DNA of 64,000 nucleotides from Desulfobacterales bacterium (GCA_963674755.2 CAXXVS010000003.1:448001-512000), one strand, 5' to 3'; counted from the first letter of the stretch, positions 1-10,023 are shown. Notes: a model not told the origin generated them from the sequence alone. Numbers and translations are program-made.

Positions 1-742
1 TATTCGTGAGGGTGCGGGCGCCGGCCGCCATGACCGCGACACCAAATCCGCCTGTGTAGCAAAAGCAATTGAGCACGTCCGCATTGGCCACATAGCGCCC
101 CACCTGCCGCCGGTTGTCCCGTTGATCCAGGTAGAACCCGGTTTTATGGCCGTTGCGCACATCCACCAAATAGCGATGATCACCCTCCTGGATGGTGATG
201 GTATCGGGCGGCGCCTTGCCCGCCAGGACACCCACCGTACGTTCCAGCCCCTCCTTGTCCAGGACCGGGCTGTCGGAGCGCTCGAAGATGCCTTCCGGGG
301 CAACAAGTTCCTGCAGTTGCTCCGCAATGACCGCTTTCCAGGCATGCACGCCCGCTGTCAGAAACTGGCAGATGAGATACTGATCGTACTGATCGATGAT
401 CAGTCCCGGCAACCCATCCGATTCGGCGTTTACCAGACGGCACGCGCTAAGGTTCAATTGCCGTTTCAATTCGTGGCGGCTGTTGATGGCGCGCGCGAGG
501 CGATTCCTGAAAAAAAGCGCATCCACGGCTTCCGGTTCGTCAAAGGTCCATATCCGAACAGCTATTTGGGAGCGTGGGGAATAGGCGCCCCGGCCCAGCC
601 AATTGCCCCGGGTGTTGACGAGATCGACCGTCTCGCCGGCGGAAGGATTGCCCTTTATTTTGGCCAGGGCACCGCTGAAGACCCAGGGATGTTTGCGGAT
701 AAGGGATTTGTCACGTTTGGGTTTGACGATTGCAAAGGCCAT
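1..742 (-). CDS. rlmI: 23S rRNA m5C1962 methyltransferase RlmI-like (3' end runs out of the window)
   Basis: Not in the ORF track. Manual minus-strand translation from ATG at 742 gives MAFAIVKPKRDKSLIRKHPWVFSGAL...RLVNAESDGLPGLIIDQY...GHKTGFYLDQRDNR...VLNCFCYTGGF, the typical RlmI motifs. Confidence 0.85.
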   Translation of the reverse strand, partial: MAFAIVKPKRDKSLIRKHPWVFSGALAKIKGNPSAGETVDLVNTRGNWLGRGAYSPRSQIAVRIWTFDEPEAVDALFFRNRLARAINSRHELKRQLNLSACRLVNAESDGLPGLIIDQYDQYLICQFLTAGVHAWKAVIAEQLQELVAPEGIFERSDSPVLDKEGLERTVGVLAGKAPPDTITIQEGDHRYLVDVRNGHKTGFYLDQRDNRRQVGRYVANADVLNCFCYTGGFGVAVMAAGARTLTN

Positions 743-884
743 CGCTGCAATAAATTCCTCTTAAAAAAGGTTTGGGATTTTCGATTGTTACGGCCGGCCT
801 TTTCTTGCCAGGGCAGGCACCATTTGTCCATGGCTTTATGGCGGCGGCCCGGGTCAGGTGCGTTCACGGATTTGGCCAGGGTTT

Positions 885-1511
885 TTAAAGAACCTTGTAG
901 ACCAGTACACGGGCCTGCATCCCTGGATCGGTATGGGGCCAGGAAGCATACACCGCAGACGCGGTAAGCGGCTGCCAACGACCCAGTTCTTCCAATCGCC
1001 GAATCTCCGCCAGAAAGGGCGTTTTGAAATTTCCGTCCCATTTGAGACTGAAAACAATCCATCCTCCGGGGCGAACGACACGTTCGAACGTCATTAGCGA
1101 CGCGGGCGGCACATGACCTGAAGAGAAAACGCCGGCCGCGACAAGTCCGTCAAAGGACCGATTGGGGAATCCCAGCGGGGTGCCCAACATCATCCGGCAC
1201 AATAGGCGATAGATGCCCTTTCGGGCCGCCTGGATCAGCATTCCATGGGAGGCGTCCATTCCCATTAAATGCCGAAAACCGCGCTGGTACAAGGCTTCAC
1301 CCAGCAGGCCGGTGCCGGACCCCACATCGAGCAAATGAGCGCCGTGGTCCGCGATATGGTGGCAGACGGCATCCGCAACATGCTCAGGCGTACGATAGCC
1401 CAAGCCGCGAACATCCCGGTCGTAGGTCGTCGCCCAGGCGTCATAGCCCTGGATGAGGGCATCGATGGAAGACCGTTCGCTAGGGCGCATCCGCATGGTC
1501 AAATCCGTCAT
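885..1511 (-). CDS. Class I SAM-dependent methyltransferase
   Basis: YDAWATTYD and LLDVGSGTGLLG SAM-binding motif; ATG 1511 has AGGA upstream (the track start is 1607). Confidence 0.8.
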   Translation of the reverse strand: MTDLTMRMRPSERSSIDALIQGYDAWATTYDRDVRGLGYRTPEHVADAVCHHIADHGAHLLDVGSGTGLLGEALYQRGFRHLMGMDASHGMLIQAARKGIYRLLCRMMLGTPLGFPNRSFDGLVAAGVFSSGHVPPASLMTFERVVRPGGWIVFSLKWDGNFKTPFLAEIRRLEELGRWQPLTASAVYASWPHTDPGMQARVLVYKVL

Positions 1512-2062
1512 AAGTGGTCCTATTACGTCACCGTTTTTGCAAACAGGACCACTTGGGGCAATGGTATCGTGGCAGCAGCGCGGAGGTCTCAATGGGCCAT
1601 GAAACACATATCACCAGACGGGTCAGGATCAGCTCCGGTGGCAACGCAGGGGTATCATTGATAGTTGCCGTATACGAATGTTGCAGCAACATTGATTGAT
1701 GCTCACAATAGCATATACTATAACACACGATCGCTTTGTCGAGAAGTCGCTGGGGTATCGCCGACGCAAAGGCTGCGCCGTTTGGCCGTTCTAATTTCAC
1801 TTGACAGCCCCCTATCCCTGTGGCAGCAATGAGATGACCGTGCTCACGCATTTGGGGCATTCCACCCATACCCTCTTCCAAACCGACACCTCCTATACGT
1901 TTGGCGTGATTGCCACCGACACCTCCCCTGGGGCTGGAAGTGCCTCGCATGGACGCGCTATCACACGCGCCGGTTCAACAATTCCACTTGTGCAAACGGT
2001 GTGTTCGGCCCAAGGCTTCCGTCATGCTTTAATCCATCCATTTCGGGGAAAGGAGGGGAACC

Positions 2063-2530
2063 ATGGATGCTCAGAGGATCCTGTTGCCGTATAGTTTTTC
2101 CCAAATCGATCAGAAAGCGCTGGCCTTTGTCATTCGAACGTTTGGCTCCCTGGAGGACACCGAGGTTACGCTGTTCCACGCCTTTACGCCCATATCCGAA
2201 ATTGAGGCCCCCGATCATCAGTCGGCGACAGCCAAACTGAAACGGCGTCTTTCCTACCTCACCCAGGAACTGACGGAGCGCGAAATGGCCCTTCAGGAGG
2301 TGTATCAACACTTGATCGACAAGGGGTTTCGCCGGGATCGGGTGCACTATGTATTCAAGTCCCGCAAAGGAGAAGTGGCGACGGCCATTATCGATCAGAC
2401 CAAAGCAGAAGCTTACGATGTCATCGTCTTGAGCCATAAACCCGGCAAGGTGACGCGCTTTTTTACCGGGAGCGTATTCACGAAGATTGTCACGGCGCTG
2501 AGGGACGTCACGGTGTGCGTCGTATCGTGA
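2063..2530 (+). CDS. Universal stress protein (USP)
   Basis: RILLPYSFS start, VTLFHA, YDVIVL...FFTGSVFTKIV...VCVV end; RBS AAGGAGG. Confidence 0.85.
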   Translation: MDAQRILLPYSFSQIDQKALAFVIRTFGSLEDTEVTLFHAFTPISEIEAPDHQSATAKLKRRLSYLTQELTEREMALQEVYQHLIDKGFRRDRVHYVFKSRKGEVATAIIDQTKAEAYDVIVLSHKPGKVTRFFTGSVFTKIVTALRDVTVCVVS

Positions 2531-2592
2531 CGCAATCGGCGCCATTGTCGGTTGCGGCCGTCCGCCGCAAAGATCCACGGAGGAGGAATGCT

Positions 2593-3147
2593 ATGCAAAC
2601 CGAAGACCGCATCAACATCGATATCTTCAAGATCGTGACCCGCGCGATTGCCGAATCCAATAACCTGGAAATCATGGCCAAGCACCTGGTCCAGCTCATT
2701 ATCGGCGCCCTCGAGATCAAAGGCGCCACCATATTTGCGACCAACCCGGAAACCAAAGAACTCGAGGTGCTGGGAAGCTTCGGGCTCAGCATTCGTTACA
2801 TGAACAAGGGGCCGATTTATATCAGTCGCAGCATCAAGAGCGTCGAGAAACGCAAGGCCGTGGTGGTCCGGGATGTCAAAAATTCAGACCTGCTGCAGTA
2901 TTCGGCGGATGCCCTTCAGGAAGGCATCGGGGCCATCGTGTCCGTCCCGATCGAATTCAGCGGTCGGGTTATCGGTGTGCTGCGGCTTTATCACCACGAT
3001 ATATGGGATATTTCCGATCAGGATCTTGACTCCCTTTTCGTGCTGGCGGAAATCATCGGCCTGGCCATGATGTACGCCCGCATGAACAATGCGATCAGCG
3101 AAGTTAAAAACATTGTCGGGGATGTACACGAGGCCTGGCTGGAGTGA
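2593..3147 (+). CDS. Stand-alone GAF domain protein
   Basis: EGIGAIVSVPI...VIGVLRLY...DLDSLFVLAEIIGLA GAF signature; RBS AGGAGG before ATG 2593. Confidence 0.8.
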   Translation: MQTEDRINIDIFKIVTRAIAESNNLEIMAKHLVQLIIGALEIKGATIFATNPETKELEVLGSFGLSIRYMNKGPIYISRSIKSVEKRKAVVVRDVKNSDLLQYSADALQEGIGAIVSVPIEFSGRVIGVLRLYHHDIWDISDQDLDSLFVLAEIIGLAMMYARMNNAISEVKNIVGDVHEAWLE

Positions 3148-3216
3148 CGCCTTGAACTAGTACAACGATAAGGATCCGTAAATCCAAAGTTAATGCACAG
3201 CGAGTGCTAGCCGTTG

Positions 3217-3252
3217 AACCGGGCTCTCCCTGGCGGAAGGGAGGCCCGGTTT
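3217..3252. terminator. Hairpin between convergent genes, probable terminator
   Basis: AACCGGGC-TCTCCCT...AGGGAG-GCCCGGTT inverted repeat. Confidence 0.55.
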
Positions 3253-3269
3253 GCTATTCTCCGATAGGG

Positions 3270-3884
3270 TCATGCCTCCGGGGGTGCGATCCGTACGATC
3301 GCACGCCAATGCAGACCGCAAAAGAGGGCGATGGCCGCAAGCGCGCCCAGGCCATCGGCCAGCATGTCCTTTTGGGCATCCCAGACATCTCCCTGAGAAC
3401 CGAGTACCGCCGCACCGGCGCTGGGATCCGCGGAAACGGCATAAAGCCATTCGAAGATTTCGTAGGCCCCCGCCACGGCCAGAATGAAGCAGGCCGGGAA
3501 AAAGAACAGCACGAAGCGGGAGGCTACCAGCCGTTTGCGCAGCAAAAGTTCCGCCAGAGGATAGGCGTAAAAACCCACGGTGAAGTGGGCCATGCGATCA
3601 TAATGATTGCGGGAGAAGCCGAAGAGATCGGTAACCCAGTCAAAGGGCACCCGTTCGAACGTATAGTGACCGCCGATGGTGTGCAGAAAAACCAGAAAGG
3701 CCATCATCAGGTAGGCGGTGTTGGAGAATGCAAACCAGCGCCGGCTAATCACCAGGGCCACCACGATGAGTGCGATGGGGAGATTTTCGGCAAACCAGAC
3801 AGCGCGGTCATAGGGCTTGATGGCCAGCAGGGTAAACAGCACCAGGTAGGCGATCAGGAGGAGAGATGGAAAACGTCGGGTCAT
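3270..3884 (-). CDS. DUF2238/YjdF-family inner membrane protein
   Basis: W..EN, HTIGGHYTF..VP, RNHYDR..HF..G, YEIFEW, LGSQGDVWDAQKDM motifs. Confidence 0.85.
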   Translation of the reverse strand: MTRRFPSLLLIAYLVLFTLLAIKPYDRAVWFAENLPIALIVVALVISRRWFAFSNTAYLMMAFLVFLHTIGGHYTFERVPFDWVTDLFGFSRNHYDRMAHFTVGFYAYPLAELLLRKRLVASRFVLFFFPACFILAVAGAYEIFEWLYAVSADPSAGAAVLGSQGDVWDAQKDMLADGLGALAAIALFCGLHWRAIVRIAPPEA

Positions 3885-3924
3885 GGATGCGTGTCCTTAT
3901 GGGTTCCGGTATGGGAACAGAGAT

Positions 3925-4725
3925 TCAACCGGTTTTCGCGGTTTCGGACAAAAAGGAATTGATGGCGTTCCAGTAGCCATCGTCCATCTGAAGGTCGTTG
4001 TGCCCCAGGCCTTCGATCATCACGGTCTGGACCGGGCCGCCCCAACGTTGTGCGAGCGCGACAGAAAGCGAATTGGGAACGATATTGTCCTGACGGCCCA
4101 TGAGGACCAGGGCCGGCATCCTAACTTCCGGCGCCAGGGCGGCGGAATCGAAAGGGTGTCGCAGGAGAAGCCTCACCGGCAGGAAGGGATAATGGTGGCG
4201 GGCCACATTGACCAGACTGTCAAAGGGAGTGATGAGAATAACCCCCCGCACCGGGCGGTGGGCCGCCACATAAACCGCCACACCTGATCCCAGGCTGCGG
4301 CCCATGAGCACAACGTGGTCGAGAGGGATTTTTTCCCGGGCGACCAGCGCGTCCAGGATATAGAGCGCATCCCGGCAGAGGGCTTTCTGGGAGGGTCTGC
4401 CTGTGCTGTCCCCGTAACCACGGTAGTTCATGAAGAGATAGGCGCCGCCCGCCAGGCGCGCCAGGTCTCCCAGGTTGCCGGATACTTCTTCGGCGTTGCC
4501 CCCGTAGTACACCACCAGCGGACGTGTGCGAGACACCTGGCCCGGAACGTACCAGCCTTGCAGCCGCTTGCCCTCGTGTTCAATTGTATAGCGATCGTCA
4601 GCAAACGGCTCCCGGTTAGAATCAGGGACTGCCTGGGGGAAGAAAATCATCGCATCTTGCAGGAAATACACCAGCAAAACGCCGAGGATAAGAACAGGCA
4701 CCAGGATTTTCATGGTTGCAAGCAT
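3925..4725 (-). CDS. Alpha/beta hydrolase with N-terminal membrane anchor
   Basis: YYGGNAE, NYRGYGDS, GRSLG nucleophile elbow, GHND; exact start uncertain. Confidence 0.85.
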   Translation of the reverse strand: MLATMKILVPVLILGVLLVYFLQDAMIFFPQAVPDSNREPFADDRYTIEHEGKRLQGWYVPGQVSRTRPLVVYYGGNAEEVSGNLGDLARLAGGAYLFMNYRGYGDSTGRPSQKALCRDALYILDALVAREKIPLDHVVLMGRSLGSGVAVYVAAHRPVRGVILITPFDSLVNVARHHYPFLPVRLLLRHPFDSAALAPEVRMPALVLMGRQDNIVPNSLSVALAQRWGGPVQTVMIEGLGHNDLQMDDGYWNAINSFLSETAKTG

Positions 4726-4811
4726 GGTGGTTGCTCCGATCGCCTGTAATGGGTATCGGACAGGGTTTGGGAATCCCACCGGTTTCCCCCTCATCCGTCG
4801 AGGGTCACGCG

Positions 4812-5486
4812 TCAGTGCGTGGCATGCAGTATAAGTTTGGCATCTAAAATCATCCAGCTGTGATTCGTCCAGACAATGGGATTCAGATCAAGTTGATCAA
4901 AGCACGGCCCCAGGGCCGCCACCAGGCGGCTTACGAGGACCAACAGCCGAGCCATGGCCGGGGCGTCCAAAGGCAGCCGGCGAAAGCCCTCGAATATGGG
5001 GTAGATTTTTAGTTCTGCCAGCATCCGCCGGGCTTCGGCTTCCTCCAAGGGCGCCAGGCGAAAAGCCACATCCTGGACGAGTTCGGTCAGAAGACCCCCG
5101 GCCCCCACCATGACGGCCGGCCCGAAAGCGGGGTCCATCAAACCTCCGGCAATCATTTCGGGCCCTTCGAAGACGACCATCTGTTCCACCAGGATAGACG
5201 CCTGGGGAAAAGCATGGGATAGGGCACCAATGGCCGCCGCCAGATTCCCCGGTTCCAGATGGAGGTAAACGCCCTGGCGATCTGTTTTATGCAGAATGTC
5301 AGGTGTGCAGACTTTGGCGACATAGGGACCGGGAAAGTCCGGTACGACCCCGCCGGCGCCGGGCGACAGCCGGATGCCGCGGGGGACCGGCAGCCCCATT
5401 CGGGCAAGCAGGGCTTTCACTTCGTATTCATCGGGACGGTCGGCGATCTGCAGGTCGGAACGCCATTGTTCCAGGAGGGATTTCAT
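4812..5486 (-). CDS. ADP-forming acyl-CoA synthetase beta subunit (ATP-grasp)
   Basis: EYEVKALL, HKTDRQGV, DPAFGPAVMVGAGG, LDLNP..DAK motifs; overlaps the alpha-subunit stop codon. Confidence 0.85.
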   Translation of the reverse strand: MKSLLEQWRSDLQIADRPDEYEVKALLARMGLPVPRGIRLSPGAGGVVPDFPGPYVAKVCTPDILHKTDRQGVYLHLEPGNLAAAIGALSHAFPQASILVEQMVVFEGPEMIAGGLMDPAFGPAVMVGAGGLLTELVQDVAFRLAPLEEAEARRMLAELKIYPIFEGFRRLPLDAPAMARLLVLVSRLVAALGPCFDQLDLNPIVWTNHSWMILDAKLILHATH

Positions 5487-6892
5487 GCATGTCCCTCCAG
5501 CGCGGTCAGGATGCAGGCTCTTTCCACCAGAAAGCGCGCGGCCCGAACGGCGCGGCTGATGGAAGGAAACCCCACCACGCCGGCATCGTGAAAGCGGCGC
5601 AGGTAGAGGTTGGTAAACGGTCCGTATTGGGTGACGGTGATTACCGGCTTGGGACTGCGGCGGGCCTGGTCGGCGATTTCCTTAATCAGGTTGTCCGAAA
5701 TGGCCGGTGGGGCAAAAAAGGCCGTACAAATTACCATGTCTACGCCGTCGTCTTCCAAAAGCGCGTCAAGACTGCGCCCGAACATACCGTCGTCGGCACT
5801 GGCCGTGAGGTCCACAGGATTGTCACAGGCGGCGAAGGGAAACGACGCTTCCCGGATGAGGCCCACGGTGCGGGGGGCCAGCTGCGCCATGGCCAGTTTA
5901 ATGCCGCGCTGGTCGGCCTCGATGTAATCGGCGCACATGACGCCGAAACCGCCGGCGGGCGTCAGAACAGCAATGCGCCGACCCGGTGCCGGGGGGAGCA
6001 TGGCCAGGCATTTGGAGGCATCGCAGAGCTCCTCGTCGTCGACGACCCGCTGGATGCCGTACTGTCGAAAGGCGCCGCTGACAACGGCATCCATGCCGGC
6101 CAAACGGCCGGTGTGACTGGCCACTGCCCGGGCACCGGCCGGGGTGCGTCCGGCCTTCAATACGATGACCGGCTTGTGGGGCGCCACCCGCCGGGCGCTT
6201 TCCAGGAAATGACGGCCATGGGCGAAATTTTCTATATAGAAGGCCAGACAGGTTGTTTCCGGATCACGGCTGAAGTAGTCGAGGAAGTCGAGTTCGTCCA
6301 AATCGCATTTGTTGCCCAATCCGACAAAAGCCCGCATGCCGTAACCGGCGTTGCTGGCCAGGCCCAGAGCCTCGACGCCCACCGACCCGCTCTGGGTGAT
6401 GAAAGCTACGCCGCCACCGCGCCCCAGGGATTTGTCGCCATGTTCCACGAAAATGGTGTCCAGCCGTTCGGCAGGGACAAATACGCCCAGGGAATTGGGG
6501 CCCAGGATCCGGCTGCCGAACTGTTGGGGGATGCTTTGCAGTCGTTGTTCAAGCTGAAGGCCCTGGTCGCCGGTTTCACCGAAACCGCCGGCCACGACGA
6601 TCAGAAAGGGGATCCCCTTGATCGCACAGGCCTCGGCCGTGGAAACGGCGGCGGCGGCCCCGGTGGCGACCACCGCCACGTCGATGCCGTCCGGCAGGGC
6701 GGCCACATTCGGGTAGGCCCTGTAGCCCAGGATGTCCTGCTCCCTCGGATGGACCGGATAGAGCTTGCGCAGGGAAGGCACCAACCGTTCGAAAATGATC
6801 CGCCCGATATTGCCTTCCTTCTTGCTGACGCCGATGACAGCAATGGCCTTTGGGTTGAAAAGGCGGTCCAGATCAAATCGTTTGGCGGTCAT
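5483..6892 (-). CDS. ADP-forming acyl-CoA synthetase alpha subunit (CoA-binding)
   Basis: LFNPKAIAVIG, GGFGETG, RILGPNSLG, TQSG, SHTG (catalytic His), NPVDLT. Confidence 0.85.
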   Translation of the reverse strand: MTAKRFDLDRLFNPKAIAVIGVSKKEGNIGRIIFERLVPSLRKLYPVHPREQDILGYRAYPNVAALPDGIDVAVVATGAAAAVSTAEACAIKGIPFLIVVAGGFGETGDQGLQLEQRLQSIPQQFGSRILGPNSLGVFVPAERLDTIFVEHGDKSLGRGGGVAFITQSGSVGVEALGLASNAGYGMRAFVGLGNKCDLDELDFLDYFSRDPETTCLAFYIENFAHGRHFLESARRVAPHKPVIVLKAGRTPAGARAVASHTGRLAGMDAVVSGAFRQYGIQRVVDDEELCDASKCLAMLPPAPGRRIAVLTPAGGFGVMCADYIEADQRGIKLAMAQLAPRTVGLIREASFPFAACDNPVDLTASADDGMFGRSLDALLEDDGVDMVICTAFFAPPAISDNLIKEIADQARRSPKPVITVTQYGPFTNLYLRRFHDAGVVGFPSISRAVRAARFLVERACILTALEGHA

Positions 6893-6969
6893 CGGAATGC
6901 GTTTCCTTGTCGGCAGCCGCTTGCCCTATCTAGTGTCGGATCTCCGGCAGGGGCGGATGGTCGTCTATG

Positions 6970-7404
6970 TCATTTCCGATAGGAATGGTCCAGAACCGCC
7001 ATGGTAAGGCGCGATATGCAGACCAGGCGCTCCTGATCGTCCCGGACGTTGATTTCCCAGATCTGGGTGGAATGACCGATATGCAGCGGTCGCACGGTTC
7101 CGGTGACGTAGCCTTCGCGTACCGCGCGCACATGATTGGCGTTGATTTCCAGGCCCACCGCCATTTTTTGCGCGGGGTCGATGCAAAGGTAAGCGGCGAC
7201 GCTGCCGAGGGTTTCCGCCAGAACGACGGAGGCGCCGCCGTGCAGGATGCGCGCCGGCTGGACAGTTCGGCTGTCGACCGGCATGCGGGCCTTGATATAG
7301 TCATCACCGATTTCGGTATACTCAATGCCGATGTGTTCGACGAGGGTGTCGGCGGATCGGGCATTAAGATCTGCGACGGTTGGAGGGGAGAACCATATTG
7401 CCAT
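6970..7404 (-). CDS. Hotdog-fold thioesterase (MenI/YdiI/PaaI family)
   Basis: QPARILHGGASVVLAETLGS and GLEINANH motifs; real start MAIWF at 7404. Confidence 0.85.
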   Translation of the reverse strand: MAIWFSPPTVADLNARSADTLVEHIGIEYTEIGDDYIKARMPVDSRTVQPARILHGGASVVLAETLGSVAAYLCIDPAQKMAVGLEINANHVRAVREGYVTGTVRPLHIGHSTQIWEINVRDDQERLVCISRLTMAVLDHSYRK

Positions 7405-7525
7405 TCCATGTCCTTTTTGGCATTCGTTTGGAGGAAGCTTCCCTATAGCTGGACGTCTTTTTCTTCCTGGACCCTGCCGCGGCCGGTCACACCCGCCGGG
7501 CCGCAGTGCCAACTGCGTCGGCTCT

Positions 7526-8740
7526 TTACTCGATCCACTTGATTTCACGCGCCGTCTGTTTCCCAATGACGGTATATTGCAGGTTGGGCGGCATTTGGGA
7601 CTGGTCTTTGGAGAGCGGAATCCGGCTGCCCATGATTTCCGCAAAGGGCTGGGGATAGAGCGGTTTGCGATCGGGATCGGCATAGCCGTCCGGGAAAATC
7701 GGCTGCTGAGTGGCCATGTCGTATTTGTCCCGGGCACCCACCGTGTGAAGGATCTCGTGGGCAATGACCACCTGGTTTTTAGGTTCCAGCCGATAGTCGG
7801 CATAGGCGTGAACCACGCCGAAGAGCCCTTTGCGCAATCCCAGGGAGTTTTCCAGCGGGTTCGGGCGGCGGGCGTCGTGGTAGATGGTGAAGATTTTGAT
7901 GTCCGGCGAAGGGCCGGCCGTGAAGGTATCATGCCGATAAACCCAGAAGCGCATCTTGAGACTCCACCAGATCACCGCCAGCGGATTGTGTCCCGAGGGC
8001 GGAGACGGCGGCAATTCGGTGACCACCGGTGCCAGACGTATCGTAAAGGGCTCGGCCAGGGGCAGTCCGTGGGCTTCGGCTTCCTCATTGAAAAAATCGA
8101 CGATGGGCCGGAAGCTTTCTTCATTCAGGGTGTTGATATAATCGGCCACGTGCGTTTGGTCATCGCCGTTGATGGGATAGATGCCCACCCAAAGGGTTTC
8201 ATCCCAGTCGGTGGTCCAGCGTCCGGTCATGACGGTATTCATGCCGACGATGAACAAAACCAGCAGCAGAAGACCGATGCGGGCTTTTTTCCAGAGATTC
8301 CGGGAGGACCCCGAAGCATCTTCCGCCGACGATACCGGCACCGTTACCCTGGCGATGGGCGCGGGCCGGGAGGTGGTTTCCTCGGGTTTGATCAGAAACT
8401 CGCCGCATTTCAGGCAGGTGGTCGAACGGCTCTGGGAATAGCCGCAGTTGGGGCAGACGACCATGGTGGCATCGCGGGCGGCGGCGGCCTGCGATGGTGG
8501 GGTGTCAGGGGATTCCTCCACGGGCACGAGTTCAAAAATGACGCCGCACCCGGCGGCCGCCTTGCGATACTTCTCCGCGGTCACCCCATCCAGATTGTTT
8601 TTTATGGTGACAGCTTGGCCGGAGAACAGCTTGTCCACGGCGGCGGGAGTGAGTTTGAAAATTTGGGCCAGCTTTTGTTTGGCCTCATCGATGTCGTACT
8701 CGGGCGAGAATTCTCCGTTAAAGACTACATCATACCGCAT
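7526..8740 (-). CDS. Hypothetical membrane protein: N-terminal alpha/beta domain, zinc ribbon, TM helix, HExxH zincin-like domain
   Basis: CPNC...CLKC, hydrophobic IGLLLLVLFIVG, AHEILHTVGA. Confidence 0.7.
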   Translation of the reverse strand: MRYDVVFNGEFSPEYDIDEAKQKLAQIFKLTPAAVDKLFSGQAVTIKNNLDGVTAEKYRKAAAGCGVIFELVPVEESPDTPPSQAAAARDATMVVCPNCGYSQSRSTTCLKCGEFLIKPEETTSRPAPIARVTVPVSSAEDASGSSRNLWKKARIGLLLLVLFIVGMNTVMTGRWTTDWDETLWVGIYPINGDDQTHVADYINTLNEESFRPIVDFFNEEAEAHGLPLAEPFTIRLAPVVTELPPSPPSGHNPLAVIWWSLKMRFWVYRHDTFTAGPSPDIKIFTIYHDARRPNPLENSLGLRKGLFGVVHAYADYRLEPKNQVVIAHEILHTVGARDKYDMATQQPIFPDGYADPDRKPLYPQPFAEIMGSRIPLSKDQSQMPPNLQYTVIGKQTAREIKWIE

Positions 8741-9056
8741 GGTCTACTTTTCCCCGTGGCGCGCAAGATAGTTTCCGGTCTTCCCGGGTTATGACTCAGG
8801 CCATCGGGCCATGGTTGCCACCACCTTATCGGCCTATTGTAACGTCAGCTTGAACCCAGGCCAAGGAACCGGGAGGTGCTCCATTCCCCTGCTCCCGACC
8901 AGGTGGGTTTCCGGCAGTTGTCCGAAGCAACTGCTATTGTTAATTAATTTAGAAACATACCAGATGAAGACCGGCTAGGCAAGTCACGGTTGGTTCGGTT
9001 GGGATTCGGGGGTATTCCTAAGGCGGCATGATGCAAAAACTTCCTTTGTGGCAGAA

Positions 9057-9719
9057 TTATGCCGGCAAAGGCGACTTGGGACGCAACCGGGTGAGAAGGA
9101 TCATGGTGCTATCCGCCCCGGAGCGCAGGGTGGTACGGGCCATCTCGATCCGGAAATCCGCCTGCATCAGGTCCAGAAAAGGCGCACTGGTTTGGCGCAC
9201 TTCACCTGCCAGCAGAATTTCGCCGTCGGGTTTCAAGAGGGATAAAAACAGGGTGCGCAGGGCCGGGAAGCTGTTTTCGTTGTAGATCAATTCCGAGCCG
9301 ACGATACGGTCGAAACGGGTGTCCAAATCGGGTTGCGACCAGTCCAGGCGACGAATTTCGTTCGGGGTGCAGCCGTTGAGGTGGGCATTGGCGTGGATGA
9401 AGTCGAGGGCGTGCCGATCATATTCCGTAATGGTGATCTCGTGCTGAAAAGCGGCGGCAACCACACCCACCACACCCAATCCGGCGCCCAGCTCGAGCCA
9501 GCGCTGGCCGTGCTGCGGCGGCAGGCCGGCAATCCGGTTTGCCAGGGCTAACGATGCTTCCCAGATCTTGGTCCAGAGGGGAAAAGCGTTAAAAACATCC
9601 TCTGCGTCGATAAACGGCTCCAGATGGGTGGGCACGAGGAATCGGAAAGCGCGTTTCCCAACGACTAAGTCGCGCGGTTGGGTCTGATATCGCTGATAAA
9701 AAGTTTCCATTGAAAACAT
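9057..9719 (-). CDS. SAM-dependent methyltransferase (lysine methyltransferase / family 16-like)
   Basis: PLWTKIWEASLALA, LELGAGLG, LDW, IVGSELIY. Confidence 0.8.
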   Translation of the reverse strand: MFSMETFYQRYQTQPRDLVVGKRAFRFLVPTHLEPFIDAEDVFNAFPLWTKIWEASLALANRIAGLPPQHGQRWLELGAGLGVVGVVAAAFQHEITITEYDRHALDFIHANAHLNGCTPNEIRRLDWSQPDLDTRFDRIVGSELIYNENSFPALRTLFLSLLKPDGEILLAGEVRQTSAPFLDLMQADFRIEMARTTLRSGADSTMILLTRLRPKSPLPA

Positions 9720-10023
9720 GGCTGCGATTCTCCCATGTAGGGGTGCCGGTAGTTTATAGTAACCGGAAAGTTTGCATCCATATCATTCTTAGCGCCCTTT
9801 GTCAGGGGGCACCATGGCACGAGTGCTTGATGATCCAACAAACGATACAGACGGTATACGCTCTGCCCAAATCTTAAAAGGGACAGGAACAGCCTTGCCG
9901 CTCATCCGGGCAGGCCGCCATTTGTAACTTTTTGGGGCGGGCGGGTTCTGATGAATTAATGCACCGTTTTGATAAAGCAGGCATGCCGAGGCGTGCCTCA
10001 CGATAATTATAGGAGATCTGGTC

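Noticed and set aside
122..967. 281-aa plus-strand ORF
   Set aside because: Antisense shadow of the rlmI-like gene; no recognisable motifs
1760..1800. GACGCAAAG suggesting a c-di-GMP-I riboswitch
   Set aside because: No upstream GGCAAAC / GNRA P2 stem and no recognisable P3
5303..8794. Long plus-strand ORFs (559 aa and 489 aa)
   Set aside because: Shadows of well-supported minus-strand genes, as expected in GC-rich DNA
8850..8950. Hairpins upstream of the zinc-ribbon/zincin gene
   Set aside because: No match to riboswitch motifs I can recognise; could be ordinary terminator or leader structure
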